Shown here one piece after another: positions 13,036-25,199 of a stretch of DNA of 64,000 nt. How positions within the stretch are numbered: the first letter of the stretch is position 1; each line of letters starts with the position of its first letter. Source of the DNA: Hyaloraphidium curvatum SAG 235-1 (taxonomy: Eukaryota; Fungi; Monoblepharomycota); assembly GCA_025558095.1 (NCBI GenBank), contig JAIVFI010000021.1, positions 434,001 to 498,000 on the forward strand, read 5' to 3'. The notes below the pieces were generated by a model, which had not been told where the DNA came from, did not search any database, and saw nothing but the letters and a program-made list of their open reading frames with translations. A program made the position numbers and the translations under genes.

Positions 13036-14347
13036 TAGGGTGCCTGGCACCAAAAAGTTGGGCATGCCCATGGCATGCCCATGGGCACCAATTGCGGATG
13101 CGCTGCCCACCGGGTGCCCAACAGCGAGCCCGTGGAGCGGGCGGGGGAGCCGGTGAAGGACCCGTATCACTTTGCCCACAATGCGGAGCTGATCCAGATC
13201 GTGAGGCCGATTGTGGATGCCCTAGGCCGCCTTGAGCATTCGGACGCGACCCTGGCAGACGTACTGATCGAGTATTCGATGGTTGCTCGGACCTGGCGTG
13301 GTGTCAGTCCCGTTGTGGAGGGTGCCAGGGAAACATTCGCTCTGGCTAAGTTGTCTTTAAATGCCAGAGTCAAGGAGTTTGATCACGCGATCTACCTTGT
13401 TGCTCTCCACCTTTCCCCTGTTCACCGGAAGTTTTCTGTGACTGGGTGCCAGGTCGACGGCAGGGACAAGAAGCGGTGGCTCGAATGGGAGATTGGCAAG
13501 CTGCTGCTTGCTTGGAAGTTCCGACAGGAGGCCAGCTTGTCCGTTCTTGCCCAGCGGGATGACTATTTCTTCGGGCGCAACATGTTCATCGGTATCGACG
13601 GCCAGATTCGGACGGCTAGGGAGTTCTGGGAGACCTGGGGCTTGGGCACTACGGAACTCGTCTTTGTGCGCGAGTTTGCGCTCATGGTGCTTAGCATTGC
13701 GCCGCACAGTGCCGCGACCGAGCGCGTATTTTCCAGTTTGGGCCTTGCAAAGACAGACTCGCGGAATCGAATGAATTCCGCAAAGTTGAAGGAAATCGGG
13801 CTGGTCAAGAGCGCATTGAAGCAGGAGATGAAGACCCTAAAGCCAAGGGTGCAATCTGCCGACGAGAAGCCCTGGAGAACCGAGGGAACCGATGACAACC
13901 TTGCCGACGTCCTGGATTCCTTGACCTTGGGCTCGGGAGCTCCTATCCGGGCCTTGGACCCGGAAAACGAGCAGCACCGAGATATTTTCCACGCACTTTG
14001 GCCTCGCATTGATGCGGAGGAGGAGGAGTTCGAGGTGGGATTTGGGACAACCTCCGTCTTCCGCGCCGCGACAGGGCCCTCTGTCTTGGAGAGTTTCCTC
14101 GACATAAATCAACTGCGCACTGCTGAGGAAGCCCAATTGGCTGCTGCTCAACCGCTGCGGGCTTTTGTTGAGGAGGGGGAGGCACAGATAAGCTTGGAAG
14201 CACTCTTAGCGCAGCATCGTGCACGTTCCTAATAGACTCTCTTCTACAAGTACATGATGGGCATGCCCATATAGTGCCCATGGGCACCGGATCAGGTGAT
14301 GGGCATGCCCGTGGGCACGGTATTTTTTGAGCGTGCCAGGCACCCTA
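13036..14347 (+). mobile_element. Non-autonomous hAT DNA transposon retaining the C-terminal transposase/dimerization region
   Basis: 15-bp TIR TAGGGTGCCTGGCAC (13036-13050) / GTGCCAGGCACCCTA (14333-14347); 8-bp TSD GCGCCAAG (13028-13035, 14348-14355); subterminal GGGCATGCCC palindromes. ORF 13075-14232 has the hATC motif LSIAPHSAATERVFSSLG...RNRMN. Confidence 0.95.
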
Positions 14348-14400
14348 GCGCCAAGGTGCCGCGCTCGCCCGACCGCCCGACCAATAAACGCGACGCTCTC

Positions 14401-17400
14401 ATGGCGCGCCCCAACGAAGGCCTTGACGCGGCGCTGGAGGCCTTATTTGAGTTGGTCTTTACATTTGCTGCGGTTTTCGCCTCTGATGTCGCAACTACTA
14501 CCGTTAGAGAGGCCCGGAGTGAAGATGAAGATGGCATTGGGACGGAGGGGAAGCTGGTGCGCCTTTCCCTACCCCTTCTGGCAAAGCTCAAGACCAAAAT
14601 GGCGAGGAAGGCGGTCGCTTCTCGTTTAAATGCGAGACGCCAGCTCGTCACTCCCCGCGCTTTGTACCCATGGACTTTGCGGATCGCCGTGCTCCCCGTG
14701 GCTTCGGAAGAACAGCTGTCGGAAGTCACCACCGGCGCAGAGCTGAATCTCGGGATCGATGTCGTCAACGCTTTCGCGCGGACAGTGTCGACCAAACTCT
14801 CCATCTTTTCGCAGGCCGGCGCTTCTTCTACAAATCCGCGCGTGGCGGTGTTCACGCGGTCGCTGAAGTTTGTGAGCTTCGTGCTCTCTTCGTCAGGATT
14901 CGACGCCGCCCGCTTGGTTATGTTCAACGACCTACTGCTCTTGGTCGCGGATGCCGTTGGAAAGGAGCTCAAGGCATTCTTGGGAGAGGAGGGGCGCGAT
15001 CCGACCGACGAGGAGCACGATACTCTATTCCTTCAGGTCTGGAGACTCTCCGTGCATTGGTCCGGCGTGTGTATGGTAGCTAAGCACCTCCGCAGGTCAT
15101 GGATTTGGTTGTATCTTCGCTGCGAGAAGCGATCTACTCTGTGGATCCCCAGTCCCCGCTCGTCGCACATTCCAGTTTGAGGCACTACAAGCCCCAGCTC
15201 GCTCGGTTTCTGAGGTCCGCGAGTTCCATTTTGGAAGAGGCGGAAGCGCAGCCGGCCGGAGCCGGCGTTCGCTTGGTGGATTGGTGCAGGGTTCTGTTCG
15301 GTACCGATGTCGACCTACACAACAAAGAGTGTGTTGAGGCTCGCAGAATTGCGACCAAGAAGGTGGCTCGCGCTTTGTCGGCCGTCGAAGCCGACGCAGT
15401 GACGCATGCGGATACAGAACGTCCTGCTCGACCTCAGATCTTACATTGCAAAGCTGGAAGATCCAGAGCGATACCTTGCGATCGAACAGGACCAGTTCTC
15501 CAGCCCACAGGCGTTCCAAAACTGGCGAAAAGGCGAACGAAAGTATGCGACCGGTTTAGTCAACTCGTTGGTCCTCAGGTACCCGGATCTGCAGGGGGCC
15601 TTGGTGAGTCGCGTTGCAAGATGACACAGATTGAGCTGAAGTGAGGAACGTAAGCAATCATCTGTTGCGGCCCCGCCTCCTTCGCAAGCATCGTCGTTCA
15701 TGCCACCGGATCCCGCGACATTTTACCGGCTGCTCCTGGTGCTGGCAGTGAATCACGATGCACCGTCCTATCCCGAAGAGCTGCTCTCGCCGTTCTCGAG
15801 ACAGCTCCTCGTGGAGTGCGCCGTGCGGTGGCGGATCTCTTCGCATCTGAGGGAACTGACTTTTGCGGACGCCATGTTGTCGCGATTCCTGACCCCGGAC
15901 GTTGGACGGGAGATCCGATTCACTGTGTTGTGCGATACCATCAAGCGGACGTTGGATAAGCTCATACGGGAACGGTCGCAGAGTACCTCGGAGGACTTGT
16001 ATGGCCTCCTGCACTTTCTGAACCGGGCGGAAGACTTTTTCCGTTCGCACTTCCTCGCGCACTTTTCGGATTCGCTGTCGCCATCGGCGTCGTCGGCCGA
16101 CGATGTCATAGATAGCTTTGAGATCCTCGAAAGGATCTATGCGGACCCCATCTTCTCAGGATCGACCGCGGACGACGGCGCTGCTGTCGAAAGGGGATCG
16201 GTCCGTGATAGACTCGTGGATCTGCTCCTGGAGGCCATCAACGAAAGGCGAGCCCATTTCCGCTTCCCATAGGGCATGCGCATCAACTGTCGTCTTGCAG
16301 GTACAAGTCGATGGAGAGCGAGGTCGCGGAAGGCTCCCTGAGGGACATCTCGCGCGTCGCCAAGCTCGCGAAAGCCATTCGCATGGAAGTGAACGCCTAC
16401 GTTTGGAGGTATCCCGATCCCCTCTTGGGCTCAGTCAGCGTCTCGGCCTTCGCCACTGCATCTTATCTGCGCCATTTTGTCTTGGAGATGGAGAACCTGC
16501 GACATAGTGAACAGATGGCGGATGGCAACTACACGATAGCCGAAATGCTCGAACTCTACCAGATTGTCCGGATTCTGAAGGACGTGGGATCTGCGGCTGC
16601 AGATGACCCGCAAGCCGTGCACCTCATAGCCGGGTTCGATGTGGAGATCTGGTTCGAGCCTTTTGTTTCGAAATGGCTGCACATAACCGACTTGAAGGTG
16701 GATGACTGGGTTGGAGGCAGTGTCGCGGTAGACAAGGTGTGTTTTTGCAGCCTAATGCGGTGTTCGATCCTCAGCAATGCCTGGCGACAGCTTCGTCCCA
16801 TCCTGCCACCTGCAACAATGCACTCTTCCTCGATTGTGGATATGTTTGCCATATTCCACCAAGCCTTCGATTTCATTCAACAGTTGCGTTGGCCGAATGA
16901 GATTACAAAGGGAAGCTTTCTCTGTTCCTTCTCAAAGGCAAGTTGGTTGCTCTACCTTGAGATCATATAGAGTCTGAGCGTTCTGTCAAGGTCATGTCGA
17001 AGGCATTGGAGAAGTACGTGGCTTTCATGCTGGAACCTTTTCGGAAGCTGGATGCAGATAATCGAAGCACCGGTGCACCGACGGAATTGAATGCCGAGGT
17101 ACGACAGCGGCGTCCCCCGTTTTGTGCTTGCGGATACTGATTGCAATCGTCCAGCTTTGCGTGCGTTTGAACAACCTGCTTGAGGCTTACACTCGCTTCG
17201 AGGCGCTGGTCGATTCCATGGAGATTTCGCACTACTCGCATCTGTTCACGCCCACTCTCGGCGCGAAAAGGCAACGGCAGGCGACTCCGTCCAGCATCGA
17301 GTACCATGTCCAAGTGCTGCGCGCGAGGGACCTTGTCTGCCACCGGAACCGCCCGGAGGACTACTACGTACAGCTTCTGGAAAGTCGCCCATCCAAGCGA

Positions 17401-18455
17401 GAAGTCGGACGCACTCACGTGGTGCAGAACTGCTCGTCCGGGAACCCGACGTGGAACGAGGCATTCCGTGTTGCCGCACCGGCGCGCAATCACGGCACCG
17501 TCGAGCTGGAGCTGAAACTGATGGATAAAGAGAAGCTTTCAGTGAACCGTTTGCACGGCGATACCAAGCTCGTGCTCTCCAGCACCGACGTCCCGGATCC
17601 GAGCCTCTACTCCGCCGACTCGATCCTCGTGCCGAACTTGGACGACTTCCTGCCCCAGGAGATTGCGATACCCATGGACGCGGAAGCCGCCAGGCTCTGG
17701 GTGCGGGTGCAGCGGATCGGTGCGGAGGACGATCCGCGCACCAACAGCGACATGCGCTTCTGGACGGTGCGCACGGCTCTGTTGCTGGAGGAAGCCGTCA
17801 CGGACGCGGTCAGGATCGTCTCCGAATGCGTGGTCCGGCACGTGAGCCCGGCAATCGTTACTTCCCTTGCGAAAGCCGGCACGTCGCCTTCGGGCGACTT
17901 GGAGCACGCGCTCGGACAGAGTCTGGCGTACCTCGATCGATCGTGTGGCATCGTCAACATGTTCTGCTCGGATGCCGTCGGCCGGTGGTTGGAGTCTCGA
18001 CACGGGTTGGGCGTCGACGCTCCGGGTGCGGAGGGCCCAGGGACGGACGAGGACCCCAATTGGCTGGCTCTGTCCATCTGGTCCGAGCTGCTGAGCTCGC
18101 TGAGGAAAGCCATACCATCGCTCGACGCAGCGGCCTCCGCGCTGAACCCCGGTGAGGTCGTGCAATGGGCAAAGAACGTGGGCAAATCGGTCGGGGACAT
18201 GTTTGGCAAGGGCCGCAGGGATGTCGCCGCCGCGGACTCGCGCCAGCGCCGCCGGAGGGAGGGTTTCTTGCACGCCGTGGAGCTGGCCAAGGCCTTGATG
18301 TACTGCGAAGGTGAGCCGGCGCAGCGCGTGTCCGGGGTGATGCTTCGCTGATTGGTCGTGTACCGGAAGTCGATGACGTCCGCTACGGATTTTGCGCAGC
18401 GGAACTGGAACTGGAAGACTACAAGCAGATACGGTCCCTGGCCATTGCGGCATGA
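14401..18455 (+). CDS. Fungal Munc13-homology (MUN)/C2-domain protein, multi-exon
   Basis: Spliced exons give FMPPDPATFYRLLL...ECAVRWRI, FDVEIWFEPFVSKWL, HSSSIVDMF, and C2-like VQVLRARDL...NPTWNEAF. The last exon ends ...SLAIAA* at 18453-18455. Confidence 0.75.
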
Positions 18456-18647
18456 TGTGGGCAAATGCAACGATTGCGGGATACGAGAGGTATGCTGGTG
18501 CCGGGTCGTGGGGAACGATCGGAACCTGCGGGTGGAAGCCCTGCCTGTGCTTCCGACTAGGCGGGGCAATGATGCCGATCCCGCGTCAAACATGGCATTA
18601 GCGGACAACACCCGGCTGAGTGCCAGTCGTGGCAACTTGTGCTGGCG

Positions 18648-19865
18648 GCTCCATCACGGGCGGGAGCAAAATGTAGCTGCGCTGCATCAATGTGAGGAAG
18701 GTGGGATTCGGGCCCACCGCCCCGCTGCGAGCGGCGAGGTGCTGGCCGGGGCGCCCACCACGGGCCGGGAGCACGTAGCTGCTCCATCACGGGCGGGAGC
18801 AAAATGTAGCTGCGCTGCATCAATGTGAGGAAGGTGGGATTCGGGCCCACCGCCCCGCTGCGAGCGGCGAGGTGCTGGCCGGGGCACCCACCACGGGCCG
18901 GGAGCACGTAGCTGCTCCATCACGGGCGGGAGCAAAATGTAGCTGCGCTGCATCGATCTGAGGAAGGTGGGATTCGGGCCCACCGCCCCGCTGCGATCGG
19001 CGAGGCGTTGGCCGGGGCACCCACCACGGGCCGGGAGCATGTAGCTGCTCCATCACGGGCGGGAGCAAAATGTAGCTGCGCTGCATCGATCTGAGGAAGG
19101 TGGGATTCGGGCCCACCGCCCCGCTGCGATCGGCGAGGCGTTGGCCGGGGCACCCACCACGGGCCAGGAGCATGTAGCTGCTCCATCACGGGCGGGAGCA
19201 AAATGTAGCTGCGCTGCATCGATCTGAGGAAGGTGGGATTCGGGCCCACCGCCCCGCTGCGAGCGGCGAGGTGCTGGCCGGGGCACCCACCACGGGCCGG
19301 GAGCACGTAGCTGCTCCATCACGGGCGGGAGCAAAATGTAGCTGCGCTGCATCGATCTGAGGAAGGTGGGATTCGGGCCCACCGCCCCGCTGCGAGCGGC
19401 GAGGTGCTGGCCGGGGCACCCACCACGGGCCGGGAGCACGTAGCTGCTCCATCACGGCCGGGAGCAAAATGTAGCGTCGCTGCATCGATCTGAGGAAGGT
19501 GGGATTCGGGCCCACCGCCCCGCTGCGATCATTCGGGCCCACCGCCCCGCTGCGATCGGCGAGTTGGAGCAAAATGTAGCTGCGCTGCATCAATCTGAGG
19601 AAGGTGGGATTCGGGCTCACCGCCCCGCACGATCGGCGAGGTGCTGGCCGGGGCACCCACCACGGGCCGGGAGCACGTAGCTGCTCCATCACGGCCGGGA
19701 GCAAAATGTGGCGTCGCTGCATCGATCTGAGGAAGGTGGGATTCGGGCCCACCGCCCCGCTGCGATCGGCGAGGTGCTGGCCGGGGCACCCACCACGGGC
19801 CGGGAGCACGTAGCTGCTCCATCACGGGCGGGAGCAAAATGTAGCTGTGCTGCATCGATCTGAGG
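18648..19865 (-). repeat. Tandem array 1 of tRNA-Leu 3'-end-derived units (mostly 133 bp)
   Basis: Core GAGGAAGGTGGGATTCGGG at 18694, 18827, 18960, 19093, 19226, 19359, 19492, 19597 and 19729; truncated core TGAGG at 19861-19865. Confidence 0.95.
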
Positions 19866-20704
19866 CGATAGATGGGCTGGAGGCGGTGGGCGACTTTCGG
19901 ACCAAGCTGTTCCTTCATTAGCCTAGTACACCGATCTCGTTCGTATCGCATATGTGACGACGCTAATTACCTCCTGATAAAGTTGTCCAGCGGACCTCTC
20001 GCCCGCTTTGCCCTCTTCGAGGCCGGTTCCGCGGTCGGAGCAGGATCTCCAAAATCGGAGAAGCACTCACGGAAGGCTTCACAGGAACGGCCAACGCGAC
20101 ACGCCGATCGCCCTCGCGCCGCGTCGGCATCCCGTCCGCCCCATCCCGGCCCTCCTCGCCGTCCGCAGCCTCGGGAACGTCACATGACGTTCCTAAGCCA
20201 CGTGTATGGCCTGTCCCGGCTCGCGGGAAATCGGACACGAGGGGTCACGCGTCGATTTGTCGTACGGTGAGTTGCACAAGCTCGGTCCCCTCTCAAACGC
20301 TTTGCAGCCCGCCCGCGGCACCGCTTCGCTCGCCCTAGGCCGGCGCATCTGAGGCGTCCCTATCGCCGCGACGCTTACCGACCTCCTGGCCACGCGTCCT
20401 CCGCCCCTGCGCGACGCGTTGAACGGCCGCCGCGAGGAGAGGAAGGCGTCAGGGCCCGCGGTCCCGCACCCTCCCGGTAAGGCCACAGCGCGCTGCAGGG
20501 AAGCGGATCTCACCGAGATCGATTGCCAGAGGTTCATTTAGATCGCGGATACGGCCTGCCCATGGACTAGAACGAGGATCTTCCGTCGGACACGGGCTCA
20601 GTGAGTCTGGCCAACTTTAGCACCTTGGCCTCCATTCTGATGTCATCGCAGTTACAGATACCCTACCGTATGTCTCTCGTATATCTCTCGCTATCTCATT
20701 GAGC

Positions 20705-23559
20705 ATGTCGAGTTATTTCATTGAGCACGGAGGCCGGACGGCAGCGCCTCACACGACGGAGCTCCATGCAGGCGCGCTCGAGCTCCTGGTGCGGGCCATG
20801 GAGCCCAAGCTCCGCGCCGCGGGCCTGACTACGGAAATGTGGAAGGTTGGGGCGTCGATTGCCTTGGGGACCGGGCTGCAACGACAGATCGATTTCGCAC
20901 GTGGGACGATCACGCTCGCCGTGGGCCCCGGAGGCGCGCACCTTGCCAGGAAGGCGGATGGAAAGCTCGCATGCTGCAAGAACTTAGGCTACGGGAAGGT
21001 CTTTGCGCCCAACAAAAACGGGCCGTGGGACGAACCCGCCGGTGCCGCACGGCGGCGAGATTGTGCTGTCGGCGGACAAGGACCTGCATCCGTATTTCGG
21101 ACAGGCAAACGATCTGCCGAAGCGGGAGAAGATGGCGCGGCACGGTCGGCAGAGGAAGCTCGGCCCGATACTCCTCCACCTGTGCCTGCGACATGATCTG
21201 CAGCCGTTCGCAAAGGACTGTCTCGAGCATTTCTTCATCACCGTAGGCATGCTCGTCTTCGGGACCAAGATCGCCAACATGGAGCCGTACGCAAGGCTGT
21301 GGTGGGAGGCGCCGCGAGCCTGGAACCCGGACCTGGAGGCGTGGAAGGAGGCCGTGGCACGGCGCGTCGTCATGATCACGAATGCGCCGCCAGTTTGCGA
21401 GTCCGGCAAGAATCCTACTGGACAGCCGTTTCGCATTGGGGCATCGTTGCTGGACTACCGTGCACAGGGCTTCCAGTACTTGCACCAAAAGCTCAGGCTG
21501 GCAGACGTGCTTGCGGCTGATGAACACTGGGATGCGGTCTGCCCTGATCTCAACCGCCTCGATCTCAACGCCAATCAGCTGCACGAGCTGAAGATCCGCG
21601 TTCTGGAGGCAGTCGACAGGGCCGCGCCGGGTGCCACCATTCTCCCGATCACAGGCTTCCGGCCTACGGTGATGATCTCCGTTCCCCCGAGTGAGAACTG
21701 GCCCGGAGGCCCGAGCGCGTTCATTGCACGATCCTGGGCGAGCAGCGTTCTGCTGTTCGAGCACAAGGGCAAGTTCTACTTGGCCTTCTTTGCTCCCGAA
21801 GGGGGTCTGGTTCCGAGGTCCGTCGGCACCCGCAAGGCGGATGCGGACAGCGCATGGACGGAGCTGGCGGACATCATCGGGGAGCTCGCGCTGCTCTCTG
21901 AAGAGCTCGACCGGTCGGGCGTTCGTGCGGGGACGAGAGAGCATGCGGAAAGACTGCGCCAGGTGTACGACGGCCGCGCCCCCGAGCTCATGCAGCGGAT
22001 CGAGAAGCTGGCAGGTCGCCCTGCAAAAGGAAGCGGCGGCGGTGGGTTGGCTTTTGGAATAGTCTTGAAACCGATGGCCTCACGCCGCTTTCGTCCTCCT
22101 TGCAGAACTCACGAGCCCGCTCTCGTACGAGGACTTCGTCGTGCCGCAGGAGGTGCTGAACGCCGGTCCGATCACGCCTTCGGATCTCCCCGAGGAGTTT
22201 GCGCGGCTGGAACGGAGCTGGGAAGAGGCGTACGCGGTTCAGACAACGAAAGCTGCTGCTACCGGCGGTGACGAGCACTGCGACTCGGAATCGGAATGCG
22301 GCGAGGACGACGCGCTGTTCGGAGACGAGGACGAGGAGGAAGAGGCTTTCCTGGTCGGGCTCCAGCTGGCCTCACAAAGCTATGCGGCGTCCAAGCTTTC
22401 GGACGATCGTGCTGGTGGCAGGGTCGACTACAGTCGCCGTGCACAGCTGGCGGAGCACACCAAGCTCCGCTACCGTGCGTTCCGCAACACTGGCGGGACC
22501 TTCGACGCCATGACCGCTGCGGAGCAGGTGGAGCAGCTCGCAGTCGCGCGCGATGAAAAGGGCGAGGAAGAAGTGCGAAAGATCCACATCGCCATCATCG
22601 AAGTGGCCATGCGCCTGGGGGCGGTTCCAACTCGGACCCGCGACGAGCTCCGCAGGCTTTCGCAGGACGACTTCAAGGACCTGCTCGCCGCGGCGCTGCC
22701 GGCCTTCATCATCTACCGCCGCACCATGTCGAAGCGGGACGACGCCATTTTGTGCTACTGCATACGTTGTCGCATGGAGTTCTCGCTGGTGCTGCAGCAT
22801 GCCGAGGGCGGCCGATTCGGGGGATGCGTCCACCCGAAGCTCAAGGGAGGCGAAGCCAAGTGCCCGCTCGCCGGAGGCGTTGGCGCTAATGCGAAGAAAA
22901 TCACCGAGGGCGTGGACTTCCTGCCCTTGGTGGACGGCCAGGCCAAGATCAAGGTGGAGAACGACATCTTTGCTCGCTTCGTTGCCGACAGGGACGCGAG
23001 GCTGGGCTCGAGGGCCAGCGTGCGCAGCGCGCTCACCGCCAAGTTGGACTGCGCGATGTTCATCATCGAAGCCGCTGGGCGCGGCGAGGCCGATGCGGCC
23101 TGGACGCACCGCCACTACGGACCTCTGTTCCAGGAGACGCTGGGAACCGTTGGCCGCGGCAACCTCGTTGGACAGGTCCGCATTGCCGATGAGGAGGAAC
23201 TGAAATCGCTGCGGAGCTCGTTCGACAAGCTGTTCGGAGCACGGATGGGTGCAGCCAGGAAGCCGATCGGGAAGAGGCTGCGCTTCTCCCCGCATGAATG
23301 ATCGGCCGGAGTGAAGAACGCCGTCAGCGTCTTCCTCTTTGGCAACCAGTCAGCTTCGCTCGGAGTCGCGGACGAGGATCTCGACTTTCTGGACTATCGG
23401 CGCACAGTCCTGGCCAACAATCAGCAGCTGCGCCCGCAGGAGGTGCAAGTGCCGAGCCGCGCGGAGCCAAAGGTGCAGGAGCCTGAGCCGACCGTGGAAC
23501 CGGCCTCGAAGAGGGCAAAGCGGGCGAGAGGTCCGCTGGACAACTTTATCAGGAGGTGA
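20705..23559 (+). pseudogene. Copy 2 (longer) of the orphan gene: Cys-x2-Cys motif, acidic tract, basic C-terminus; frameshifts and a premature stop
   Basis: ORF pieces 20705-~21000, 21003-~22040, 22141-23301 and 23311-23559. TGA at 23299 corresponds to GGA in copy 1 (PHEGSAGVKN). No recognisable known domain. Confidence 0.6.
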
Positions 23560-23630
23560 TTAACGTGACGTATGCGATATGAACGAGAATGTTCGGATTG
23601 TGCATGGTTGTATAGATCAATTTGCGGAGC

Positions 23631-23985
23631 TCAAGGGGCACCCGCGATGGCTTCCGACTTGTCCGCAAGCGACTCTACGCCGTTGATGTAGGTGGAGGAG
23701 TCCGCGCCCTGGCCGATGGGGCAGTACAATCCGGCGGGGAAGATGTTCGGCTCCCGCGCGGCCGTCTCCGCCGCGGTCGTCCCGGCGTCGTACACCGAGT
23801 AGCCGCCGAGCACCCGCGTGGTCTGGGCTTGGGTGGTGACGTTTCCGGGGGTCGTTGAGGCCGGCGCGAGGCGGTTCTGGATGGCGAGGGAGTTGGCGGC
23901 GAGCGCGGCCTGCGTCGCGGGGTTGACGGATTGGAGCTTGGCCGTCTCGGTGTTGGCGTTGACGATGTCCATGCCGGCCCTGGGA
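23631..23985 (-). pseudogene. Probable 3' (extracellular loop) remnant of the ABCG gene
   Basis: Same strand and GC3-rich codon style as the ABCG 5' piece; YCPIGQG motif resembles ABCG C-terminal loops. Confidence 0.4.
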
Positions 23986-25130
23986 CAAGGTCAGCGCGCG
24001 TGCTCGAACCGGGACCCCGGATGAAACACACCAGAAAGTTGTGACGGCGACGGCATTGGCCTCCCTTCCACCAAGCAGCGCATGCCTTCGAAGACGGGAT
24101 CGTCCGCCATTCGCTTCACTATATGGGAAAGCAATCCTAAGAACTCGTTTCTGACGGCCTCGGAGCCACGCTCCATGGACGCCTTGATGGCCGGAAGGAG
24201 CACGAACACGACCAAATCGCGGAAGGCGGTGTCGCCCCCCTCTTGGACCGTCTCCGACGCACGATCGACCAGCTTGACCAGACAAAACGCGGCGTTCGTC
24301 CGCATGGAAAACTCCTTCTCGTGCCTCACGCTGGAAACAAGATTGCGGAGCACGGGAATCCATTCCTCGGGAGACAGTTCCCCGTATCTTCGCTCGCTGA
24401 TGTCCGAGAAAGCGGCAAATCGACGGTCAAAGTCGGGCTCCTCCACCTTCCGCGTCGAGAAGGCATTCAAGTCCGCAACGATCGAGGCAACGGCGGCGAG
24501 CCCGGAATCGACGGCGACGAAGGATACAAAGCACTTGTCCAGCGCTGCTCGCCCCGCCTGCGAGTCCATCGACGAAAAACAGCGGGAAACGATCCGGGTA
24601 GCGTTTCGAAGTGAGAAAATCCTGCTCCGTGAGCGCGGCGGGCCCGCGCGAAACGCGCCGTCCATAGAGTCCCAAAGATTTCGGTCTCGCACAGCCTCGA
24701 AAGCCGAGGCAAGCGCCTCGAGATAAGGTCCCAAGCCTCGCCAATCGTGCCTTGGTCAATCCGCATATCTCAAGCCAATCTCGCACAGGTCCAGCATATC
24801 GGATCGCATTCGGCGAGCACCCAGTATGCTTCTCAGAAAATCCAATGCACCGGCCAGAACGAGATCGCGAGCTGCCTCGGACTTGAGAGACCCATCGCGA
24901 GCAACAAAGGCATCGAACAGTTTCCGCAAGCATCCAACAGCACGCGGCAACGAAAGGCGAACGTTCGCCATGCCTCGCAACAGCGAGTACAGCGAGTCCC
25001 AGTGTCCAAGCTCGGCGATAGCTTCGCCGCAGGACTGCAGGACTGTGCCCTCAGCTTAAGCGCATTCAGCAAAGCTGCTCTGCAGTCGAAGGGATCTCAA
25101 CGGGATCCATCGTCCCCAAAGCCCTTGTTC
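23985..25130 (-). pseudogene. UTP20: Internal fragment of UTP20 (U3 snoRNP HEAT-repeat protein)
   Basis: LNAFSTRKVEEPDFDRRFAAFSDI...WIPVLRNL...EFSMRTNAAFCL...RARAL; frameshifted; no start or end (a full gene would be several kb). Confidence 0.75.
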
Positions 25131-25199
25131 GAGTCTTGCACCGAGACCAGGAAGAGGGAAAAGCCGAGGCCAGGAAGAGGCAAAAGCCATCCTCACGAG

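Noticed and set aside
18557-19951. Repeated ORFs (MLPARGGCPGQ...) in both arrays
   Set aside because: Translation artefacts of a 133-bp non-triplet repeat.
19935-23588. TIR transposon bounded by ~100-bp inverted repeats
   Set aside because: No TSD seen; the repeat is the ORF 3' end; copy 1 lacks it at its upstream end; homology extends outside it. Better explained as an inversion.
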